Origin: a virus
Direction: 5' to 3' (one strand)
Virus record (IMG/VR): IMGVR_UViG_3300020030_000061
Coordinates: 1-6,134 of that record
Length of the DNA: 6,134 nt
Made by a program: the position numbers and the translations under genes. This document shows positions 1 through 5,945 of this stretch, in pieces (the first letter of the stretch is position 1; each line of letters starts with the position of its first letter). Below the pieces are notes generated by a model. It was not told the origin of the DNA. It did not search any database and saw nothing but the letters and a program-made list of their open reading frames with translations.

Positions 1-121
1 CAAGAGTATTGTCGAAAAACTCGACTCGGAAATGCGGCAAACTGCCGCAGGTGGTAACAAGCTCGAAAAGCCCCGAATGATCAATGTAAAGCGAATCGCT
101 GATGTCCGAACTCCTCAAAAA
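1..121. repeat. Terminal direct repeat, copy 1 (circular-assembly overlap); identical to 6014-6134
   Basis: Base-by-base comparison by eye: 1-121 (caagagtattgtcg...ctcctcaaaaa) equals 6014-6134 with no mismatch. ORFs read continuously across the join. Confidence 0.97.
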
Positions 122-256
122 ACGAGCGAGAAACGTATCCTTAAGAGCGCTGAATGGAAGAGGTTCGAACTGATTGTCCCTAAGGCGGCCTACCTGGACG
201 AGGTCGATCTTAAGGGCCGGATTGATTCGGCGAATAACAACATGAATTTGTGTCAT
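1..256 (-). CDS. Hypothetical protein, N-terminal part of a 107-aa junction-spanning ORF (ATG at 256-254; continues at 6013 down to the TAG at 5948-5946)
   Basis: I extended the track ORF 5946..6131(-) upstream through the duplicated end. The frame stays open to a stop at 289-287, and the first ATG is at 256-254, 11 nt after the stop of the 105-aa ORF. It is on the same strand as all core genes. By hand count, third positions in this reading are T-rich and A-poor, like VP1. I recognise no family. Confidence 0.55.
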   Translation of the reverse strand, partial: MTQIHVVIRRINPALKIDLVQVGRLRDNQFEPLPFSALKDTFLARFLRSSDISDSLYIDHSGLFELVTTCGSLPHFRVEFFDNTL

Positions 257-267
257 AATAGTATAGT

Positions 268-585
268 TTAAAAAATAGACTCGAATTTACTGCAAAAATG
301 CTGCCAAAGCTTCGACTGGTTCTTCCAAAAATCATAACCCTGCGGCGTCCGATCAAACGGGAAAGACATGGTGATAATGCTTCCGATGCCAAGAACAGGC
401 GAGTCGATCAGATAGCGAAACTGAAAACGCAAGCTGCCGCGAAAGGATTGACAACCAGGATGAAGGAGCTCATAGTTCGCCCTGTACTCAAAGAGCAAAT
501 TCTGCCGAGTAAGCCACTCAATGAACATGTATTCAGCAACATCGATAGGGAGATCTGAGACTTTAGTGTTTTTATTCTCTTTCAT
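268..585 (-). CDS. Hypothetical protein (105 aa), function unknown
   Basis: ATG-initiated ORF in its own non-overlapping slot, on the same strand as the core genes. Codon usage matches VP1 (CTT, GAT, TTT, ATT; few A-ending codons). I recognise no motif. Confidence 0.7.
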   Translation of the reverse strand: MKENKNTKVSDLPIDVAEYMFIEWLTRQNLLFEYRANYELLHPGCQSFRGSLRFQFRYLIDSPVLGIGSIITMSFPFDRTPQGYDFWKNQSKLWQHFCSKFESIF

Positions 586-611
586 AGCAATGTGGTTATT
601 GGTTTACAATA

Positions 612-642
612 CAAACATACAAATACAAGAGAAATATGCAAA
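612..642 (-). promoter_or_regulatory. Candidate Bacteroidota-type promoter (TTTG, 19 nt, TAtgTTTG) in the VP2 / 105-aa ORF gap
   Basis: The minus strand reads TTTG (642->639), a 19-nt spacer, then TATGTTTG (619->612), about 27 nt upstream of the ATG at 585. This matches the published Bacteroides -33 TTTG / -7 TAnnTTTG consensus. The region is T-rich, so a chance match is quite possible. Confidence 0.2.
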
Positions 643-665
643 AATCAAAAAGTCGGAGGAATTGT

Positions 666-1925
666 TCATTTTCTCTCAAAATAATTGCGGCGAACGAGCG
701 TGCCACCCATTCTGTCGCCGGAGGGACCGAACACTTCCCTCATTTCCTCATAACCTTCGGGACCAGCAGGACCTGAGGCCTTGCGACCAACATACGAGGC
801 GCCGGCAATGCCAGCAGCGGTGGCGAAAGAACGAATAATATCATGTCCAAGGCGAAGTCGAGAATTGCGCAAATCCCAGCGAGCATTTCCTGTTTCGAGC
901 TGAGCAGTTTCGGCAGCAGCAGTCTTCAAAACCGCCAAAGTTTCGGCCACTTTCATCATTTTAGTTTCAACGACTTGACCTTTCTCGTCGCGGATTTGAA
1001 CAGGGACATCCTTCTCCCAATTGAGCTCAAACCACTTTTGCAAATCCTTGAGTTCCTGAGCATTAAGCTTAGTGCGAGACTCAGATTCGCCGGCCGACGC
1101 AACATTAGAAATCGCAGAACTCCAAGCAACGGCAAGCGCGGCGCCGGCTTGGGGCTCAAACCAATCATTAGTCTGTCGAAGATAGTTGTACTTCTCTTCG
1201 AGAACGCCAGCCATAGCCATAATGGAAGAGAGTTTGTAACCCTGCGAAATATCGGCTAAATAAGCCTCAATAGACATGACTTGAGCATGAGCTTCATGCA
1301 GATTCGCGACTTCCCGAGCATCCTTAACATTGTGTTCAGCAATCTGCAACTCAAACCTATCCATCTGTTCACGCCAATCCTGCGTATGAGTATTACCTCT
1401 AAGATTGGCAGCTTCCGCTTCATCTCGATCGGCAGCAGCAACATTGCGGTCAACCGTAGAGCGCGCAATCATATTCTGTGCGACAGCAGCGGGGTCGCCA
1501 GAAGCAAAACCTCCAGGAGCAATAGGAGAACCGCCTGAAGGGCCGGAGGCAGAAGGCATAGAGGCAGAACCGCCGGACATTGTAGCGTTCACACCAACGC
1601 CCGAAGAGCCTAAAACAGCCGCGGGTGTTACACCAGCCTTCAAATAGCGATCAAAAACTTTCGAGGGATCATTATAGGCATTTTCGTAATCAAACTGCTT
1701 CTGCCAGTTAGCGTAAGAAAGCTCAGACTGCTTCTGCATCTGCTCAAGAGCATACTGCTGCTGGAGCTTCATCTGTTTTTGCTGATACTTCCACTGGCGG
1801 CGAGCATTCATTCCTCCAAAAAGCTGACCTAAAGCGCCGGAGATTAAACCGGTAGTACCAGCAGAAGCAGCGGATTGACCAAGAGCCTGACCGAAGGAGG
1901 CAGAGGCAACAGCGGGGGAAGCCAT
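666..1925 (-). CDS. VP2: Minor capsid / DNA pilot protein (VP2-like, phiX174 H analogue), 419 aa
   Basis: Gly/Ala/Ser-rich N-terminus (MASPAVASASFGQALGQSAASAGTTGLISGALGQLFGG). This is followed by a Gln/Lys-rich coiled-coil-like stretch (QQKQMKLQQQYALEQMQKQ) and an LKAGVTPAAVLG segment resembling the AG(L/I)NP motif of microvirus pilot proteins, then a second Gly/Ser/Pro-rich tract. Size and genome context fit VP2. Confidence 0.85.
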   Translation of the reverse strand: MASPAVASASFGQALGQSAASAGTTGLISGALGQLFGGMNARRQWKYQQKQMKLQQQYALEQMQKQSELSYANWQKQFDYENAYNDPSKVFDRYLKAGVTPAAVLGSSGVGVNATMSGGSASMPSASGPSGGSPIAPGGFASGDPAAVAQNMIARSTVDRNVAAADRDEAEAANLRGNTHTQDWREQMDRFELQIAEHNVKDAREVANLHEAHAQVMSIEAYLADISQGYKLSSIMAMAGVLEEKYNYLRQTNDWFEPQAGAALAVAWSSAISNVASAGESESRTKLNAQELKDLQKWFELNWEKDVPVQIRDEKGQVVETKMMKVAETLAVLKTAAAETAQLETGNARWDLRNSRLRLGHDIIRSFATAAGIAGASYVGRKASGPAGPEGYEEMREVFGPSGDRMGGTLVRRNYFERK

Positions 1926-1926
1926 A

Positions 1927-2112
1927 TTAATAGTGGGTTATATTGTTAGAACGAATGATGTAATCGACACGAACAGTGTCAACATGCACGCCGCTGCGCT
2001 GCATCCTAGCTTGAGCCGCACACGACGACAAGAAAAAGGCAGCAAGAGCAGACACGATTGCTGCAATCAATGTCCAAAACTTCTTGGATTTCAATAAAGC
2101 TTTGATATTCAT
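1927..2112 (-). CDS. Small predicted lipoprotein (61-aa precursor, Cys31 lipobox); candidate lysis or exclusion factor
   Basis: N-terminus MNIKALLKSKKFW (four Lys), a hydrophobic core TLIAAIVSALAAFFL, and a lipobox L-S-S-C at residues 28-31. The mature part is 31 aa. Its TAA stop (1929-1927) is 1 nt from the VP2 ATG (1925-1923). Third positions are T-rich, like the other genes. Confidence 0.6.
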   Translation of the reverse strand: MNIKALLKSKKFWTLIAAIVSALAAFFLSSCAAQARMQRSGVHVDTVRVDYIIRSNNITHY

Positions 2113-2198
2113 AGAATTAAGTTTTTTGCGACCTCCATGAAAATCAATAAAAACCTAAAGTTTTACAACTTCCCATAGAGGTCAAGAAAGAACGATAG

Positions 2199-2276
2199 AA
2201 AAATGCGCGGCCTCTCCTGCAGTCGCTACCAATAACCTTCAGCGATTCACGAACTCTCGCAGAAGGGGTCCGCGCA
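2199..2276 (-). terminator. Long imperfect GC-closed hairpin followed by T5; possible internal attenuator or terminator
   Basis: On the minus strand, TGCGCGG (2276->2270) pairs with CCGCGCA (2210->2204). After one bulged A the stem continues for about 10 more mostly paired positions (CCCCTTCTGC with GCAGGAGAGG, one C.A mismatch and G.T wobbles). TTTTT follows immediately (2203->2199). The hairpin lies in a 194-nt gap in an otherwise tightly packed genome. Its 73-nt span is longer than a typical intrinsic terminator. Confidence 0.35.
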
Positions 2277-2306
2277 CGTAGCATATATCGTCAAGTAAAG
2301 TATATA

Positions 2307-2615
2307 CTATTTTTCTTCAGAAGTCGATTTTTTCGCAGGCTGCGAGCTATCGCCCTTACGCGAATCCAGCAGATTATCAATAAGTTCCTGGCCGACTTCG
2401 AGGCCGTCAAACTTATCCATGCGAGAGAAGGAATTAGGGTCGAAATCGATTTCGGGATCAAATTTCTCACCCTTCTGAAAATCGGAAGGTTCGGCTACTA
2501 CATCCGGACGACCGGGAAGGACATCGACGGAGCCAGAACCGTCGAGAACGGAAAGAATACGCTGACCGCGAGAGATGTAGGCGGGAGTATCTTCGCGAAA
2601 CCAATCAAGTGCCAT
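2307..2615 (-). CDS. Acidic hypothetical protein (102 aa); possible internal scaffolding protein (VP3-like)
   Basis: ATG ORF starting 12 nt after the VP1 stop, with genome-typical codon usage. It is rich in Asp/Glu (e.g. EKFDPEIDFDPNSFSRMDKFDGLEVGQELIDNLLD). The scaffold role is inferred only from size, charge and position next to the capsid gene. Confidence 0.7.
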   Translation of the reverse strand: MALDWFREDTPAYISRGQRILSVLDGSGSVDVLPGRPDVVAEPSDFQKGEKFDPEIDFDPNSFSRMDKFDGLEVGQELIDNLLDSRKGDSSQPAKKSTSEEK

Positions 2616-2627
2616 AAAATTAGTGTA

Positions 2628-4427
2628 TTAGCGATTAGACAAGCGGGTTGCAAACGTCTTATTAATCAAATTCTTCTTCTGAATCGAGTAAGACATATTT
2701 ATAAAGAAGTTATCCTCTACGTTAGAGGCAAAGGGCGAATTAACCTGAGCCATATCCACGAAGAGTGCAGGATGATAATTAATAGAAGCAGAGCCTACAT
2801 ACGAAAAACCCAATGAACGCTGCTGCACCCAATACGAATAAAGAGATTTCGGGGTGCCCAATGCAGGAGAGGGATACGAAGACAGCGATCCTAATACTTC
2901 GTCATAAGACGAACGAAACTCGTTAAAACAGGGCTCGTAGGCGACAGCAAGACCAAGGTTCGAGCCAGCAGCGGTGCTAAAAAGCCGCGCAGCGGGGACG
3001 TCCTGATATCCGATATCGTTGTAAATGGGATTAAAGTAATCCGCTCCCTGATAGTTTAAGTAATCGGGGGTAACGCCGCTCCAAAAATAAACAGGACGAA
3101 TACTCAGCATGTCGATCATATAACCAGGCTCACGGAAATAGTAAGACTGCCGGCGACCTAACCGATCGTTGAAGGCGATAGCACCACCCTGCTGTCCAAG
3201 AGGACCGTTCACGCCTGAACCGGAGAAGTTGTTCTGTCCAGCTTGATTCATAACAATCTGCACGTTAACAGTCTGAGAAGCACTGAAAAGAAGCTTCGGG
3301 CGATCGACGTGCTCAATTTTAGAGGCAAAGAACGTCTCAAGCCAATCGCTATAACGACTACCGCCGGCTCCGAGAAGATCTTTATATTCCTGAAGACGAG
3401 AAGCAATAGCCAACTGCGGAATAGTGCTTACTCCGGTCATAGAAACAGCAGATGAAGAGCCTACGGGAATAAGACGGCTAAAACGATCAGGATTCGAAGG
3501 CACAACGGCCATGGGATGCGCAAACAAAAAGGCCGAAATACCGGAGACAGAGGTCTCGCCTGAAGAGGTGGAGAACTGACCGGAAGGACCGCCGCCGGAA
3601 ATGATATTAGCACCACTGGGCAACGTGGTAGAAACAGGGTAGCCATCCTGGTCGCCACCCGAAGGGAGTTGGGAATTAATTATCTGGAAAAACAAATTGC
3701 CTCTATTGAAAGTATTATTCGTACTCGAAACGGCTGACGGGTAGAACTGGCTCTCAAAATAAGAATCGAGAAACTCCAAGTTAGCGAACTCCTGTTTAAA
3801 AAACGAAGCCTCTGCAGCAAAAGAATAGGAATCGCCCAGAATCGACCAGGTAGCAGGCCACGCAATCGAATACAAAGACCACTGCGAGTAGCTATAGTAA
3901 TTTCGAACAATGTCCCAATAAGCTAAATACGTATCAGCATTCGCCCACTGATTGACCGCAGCACCGGAGGGGAGACTAGCAGTATAAGGAGGCTGATTGG
4001 AAAGCTGCAGCGACGTCTTATTGGAAACGCGAAGCCAAGACATAAGCGAATTGGGGAAGGCACGCGAAGCGCCAAGAGCAGAATTAGGGGTGGAGGTTCC
4101 AGAAGTGCCAACGAGGGCTGTAATCCAATTCAAGCTCAAATCGTTCATATCGAACTTACTGCTATTCGTCCTCAACTCTGGATGATAGAGCTGAAGCGGC
4201 ACCCAAAAGCGATGAAGCCGAATAGTATAAGGATTGAACGTCGGAACAGCGAGAGGGTTGCTGCGAACGTCAATGCCCTGCTCAATAGATACGCGGTCCC
4301 GAGCATTAATAAAATCAATACGCACCGGATACAAAATACCCGGCGTACATGTAAAAGCCTTGCTCTCGGGAACGTCGTACCGGGAGTAGCCATTTACGGC
4401 ATGCGAAATAAAGGGTTGTCTTCCCAT
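2628..4427 (-). CDS. VP1: Major capsid protein (Microviridae F/VP1 family), 599 aa
   Basis: The N-terminal region (…FTCTPGILYPVRIDFINARDRVSIEQGIDVRSNPLAVPTFNPYTIRLHRFWVPLQLY) is typical of microvirus capsid proteins. The conserved GGSRY..W.E.FF block is encoded at 3365-3351 (ggcggtagtcgttat on the minus strand). It is the largest ORF in the genome and starts 3 nt after the Rep stop. Confidence 0.95.
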   Translation of the reverse strand: MGRQPFISHAVNGYSRYDVPESKAFTCTPGILYPVRIDFINARDRVSIEQGIDVRSNPLAVPTFNPYTIRLHRFWVPLQLYHPELRTNSSKFDMNDLSLNWITALVGTSGTSTPNSALGASRAFPNSLMSWLRVSNKTSLQLSNQPPYTASLPSGAAVNQWANADTYLAYWDIVRNYYSYSQWSLYSIAWPATWSILGDSYSFAAEASFFKQEFANLEFLDSYFESQFYPSAVSSTNNTFNRGNLFFQIINSQLPSGGDQDGYPVSTTLPSGANIISGGGPSGQFSTSSGETSVSGISAFLFAHPMAVVPSNPDRFSRLIPVGSSSAVSMTGVSTIPQLAIASRLQEYKDLLGAGGSRYSDWLETFFASKIEHVDRPKLLFSASQTVNVQIVMNQAGQNNFSGSGVNGPLGQQGGAIAFNDRLGRRQSYYFREPGYMIDMLSIRPVYFWSGVTPDYLNYQGADYFNPIYNDIGYQDVPAARLFSTAAGSNLGLAVAYEPCFNEFRSSYDEVLGSLSSYPSPALGTPKSLYSYWVQQRSLGFSYVGSASINYHPALFVDMAQVNSPFASNVEDNFFINMSYSIQKKNLINKTFATRLSNR

Positions 4428-4430
4428 AAA

Positions 4431-5501
4431 TTAAATGTTTAGTTGAAGTTTATAGTAATCTCTCCAAAACTGGAGGATATCCAAATCCAGCCACGTCGGA
4501 GGATCAAAGCCGGGCATTTTCCGAGAAGAAGAGGAAAAACGCATTATTTGTTTTTGCTCCCACGTATATGTCTCTCTACGGGATACGGAGGAATTGAGAT
4601 TGAACCGTTCAACACACAAAGACACGATACGCTTAACCAAAGAAGACTTGCTAAAACGTGCATAGGAATCAGCAGCAGCAATCGACCGTGAAACTTCGTC
4701 CTCTTGTTTAAGATACTTAAGATAATATCGAGGAATCGCGTAATTGTAATTGATGCGCTTCTCAAAATCAAAATAAGACCACGTCGAAGTACGAGCAGAA
4801 GGACGAGGCATATAGCCAAGGAAATCACCAACGCCAGCAGATACGAATTTTCGCGTATAACGGCGATGTTGGAGGAGGCAAGATAAAGATGTAATTTTTC
4901 CATCTACAGTAACAAATTTATCCGAAACGTCTTCGGGTTTAAACTGAATTTGTTTGGTGACATATTTAACAACATATCGAGCTCGTTTGTGCGTGCCCTT
5001 TCCGAGCCAGACAAAACCAAGGTCGCGGACAGCCGCTCGAATATCGTTATACATACAGTTGGTGCCGAAAAGAAAGCCGTGGAAATGCAGACGAGGTTCC
5101 GAGCCTATTTCCGGGTGAGTACCAAACTCTTGAAAAAACGCGTGCTTAAAAGAGTGTCCGAGCGTATGGCGGACACGTTCATTCCATCGCCGAATAAATC
5201 TAGAGGGGTCTCGCAGCGCTTCCTCGTAATACTTAGGAGCTATAGTTATTGTAATGAAAATAGCCTGCTGGGACTCGGCTTTACAACGAGCGAGCTCGCG
5301 CTCAAGGCGCACGAACCAATCATTGCGCTGACGACGCAGGCAATCCTCACATTTTCCACAAGGGACCATAAGCCACTGGCGGGCGATATCCCAGGGACGA
5401 AGAGCCAAGGCAGACTTAGCAACATCGGAGCCATTGCGACAAGGATTCTTCTTATCGAAATAGCGGCGGTTGCGTATCCATATAGGAGAATGGCAAGGCA
5501 T
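4431..5501 (-). CDS. VP4: Rolling-circle replication initiation protein (HUH endonuclease, VP4 / phiX174 A-like), 356 aa
   Basis: Motif 1 is FITITI (5258-5241). The HUH motif is LHFHGFLF, with H-F-H encoded at 5087-5079. The two-tyrosine motif 3 is YVVKYVTK (4976-4953), as in phiX174 A. There is also an N-terminal PCGKCEDC cysteine cluster (5360-5340) and an MPCHSPIWIRN start, both typical of microvirus VP4. Confidence 0.93.
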   Translation of the reverse strand: MPCHSPIWIRNRRYFDKKNPCRNGSDVAKSALALRPWDIARQWLMVPCGKCEDCLRRQRNDWFVRLERELARCKAESQQAIFITITIAPKYYEEALRDPSRFIRRWNERVRHTLGHSFKHAFFQEFGTHPEIGSEPRLHFHGFLFGTNCMYNDIRAAVRDLGFVWLGKGTHKRARYVVKYVTKQIQFKPEDVSDKFVTVDGKITSLSCLLQHRRYTRKFVSAGVGDFLGYMPRPSARTSTWSYFDFEKRINYNYAIPRYYLKYLKQEDEVSRSIAAADSYARFSKSSLVKRIVSLCVERFNLNSSVSRRETYTWEQKQIMRFSSSSRKMPGFDPPTWLDLDILQFWRDYYKLQLNI

Positions 5502-5719
5502 TAAAAAATACTCTTAAGACAGTCAAACTTAACAGCCGGGCGGTCAAGACGACAGCGAATAAGATAATCGATAGCAGGAGCTTCTTCAGAAAACCAGGCC
5601 AAAACAACACGTTTGCGACTGCGGTATGCGCCAATAGAGTAGCGATAAGGAACGCAGCCAACCACCGGAGAGAATCTGGGACAAAAATCAAAAGTATCCA
5701 TGCTTGAAAACATTATCAT
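5501..5719 (-). CDS. Hypothetical small protein (72 aa, four Cys), translationally coupled to Rep
   Basis: Its TAA stop (5503-5501) overlaps the Rep ATG (5501-5499) as TAATG. By hand count roughly half of its third positions are T and few are A, matching VP1. Cys residues sit at 13, 22, 56 and 67, with a basic patch YRSRKR. I recognise no family. Confidence 0.65.
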   Translation of the reverse strand: MIMFSSMDTFDFCPRFSPVVGCVPYRYSIGAYRSRKRVVLAWFSEEAPAIDYLIRCRLDRPAVKFDCLKSIF

Positions 5720-5748
5720 GCGCTTCGAAAGACGGTACTTTCGAGCGC
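5720..5748 (-). promoter_or_regulatory. Stem-loop abutting the start codon of the 72-aa ORF
   Basis: Plus strand: gcgc-t-tcgaaag / acggta / ctttcga-gcgc. This gives an 11-bp stem with a 1-nt bulge and a 6-nt loop. On the coding strand the hairpin ends at the base immediately before the ATG (5719-5717). Confidence 0.3.
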
Positions 5749-5859
5749 GAAAACTGCTCCGTTACGCCGCTCGACGGCTTAACAGCCGGGACGCTTCGCG
5801 TCTTCGAGCTCCATGGCTTCACTTCGCAAAATATATACCGAATAAATTCGGCGGGATTG

Positions 5860-5902
5860 AAAACAAAGACTCCCAGGGGGAGAGAAACCTCTCCCGGGAG
5901 TC
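5860..5902 (-). terminator. Rho-independent-type terminator closing the minus-strand transcription unit
   Basis: The minus strand reads GACTCCCGGGAGAG-GTTT-CTCTCCC(CCT)GGGAGTC, a 14-bp GC-rich stem with a 3-nt bulge, followed directly by TTTGTTTT (5867->5860). It lies 43 nt downstream of the last ORF stop (5946). The T-tract exists only in the minus orientation. Confidence 0.55.
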
Positions 5903-5945
5903 TCGCAATCAAAGAACTTTTCCTCCAAGAGGGCGGGTTACTACT

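Noticed and set aside
2139-2144. GGAGG upstream of the lipoprotein ORF as a possible ribosome-binding site
   Set aside because: It lies 17 nt from the ATG, outside the usual 5-10 nt spacing, and no other gene in the genome uses a Shine-Dalgarno sequence.
2204-2276. A 73-nt element with a 7-bp closing stem and an internal GTTCGTGAATC resembling a tRNA T-loop, raising the possibility of a tRNA-like gene
   Set aside because: No cloverleaf can be drawn on either strand. The positions for the D-arm do not pair, the T-loop-like motif sits in the wrong place (around nt 23-33), and there is no anticodon arm.
2281-2300. Coding-strand ACTTGAcGATATAT resembles the phiX174 origin core CAACTTG/ATATTAAT. 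The adjacent GTGCGC...ATATAT loosely resembles a dif/XerCD site.
   Set aside because: Only a 6-mer and a 5-mer are shared with the phiX174 origin, which is expected by chance several times in 12 kb of two-strand sequence. My alignment to E. coli dif gives about 11 of 18 matches. This is not enough to call an origin or an integration site.
3461-4393. A series of hydrophobic minus-strand ORFs inside VP1 (4172..4393, 3923..4111, 3680..3910, 3461..3658), plus the 79-aa ORF 5452..5691
   Set aside because: All are in the +1 frame of the host gene, where the T-rich third positions become second positions and generate Leu/Phe/Ile-rich peptides automatically. They are fragmented by stops, and 5452..5691 starts with TTG only.
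4950-5504. 184-aa plus-strand ORF antisense to Rep, and similar plus-strand ORFs at 843..1259, 1281..1538, 1405..1647, 298..558 and 4182..4442
   Set aside because: They lie fully opposite well-supported minus-strand genes, mostly in direct codon register. The A3-poor codon usage of the real genes depletes TTA, CTA and TCA codons, which keeps the antisense frame open. Their compositions are Arg/Ser-rich and junk-like, and they have no independent slot.
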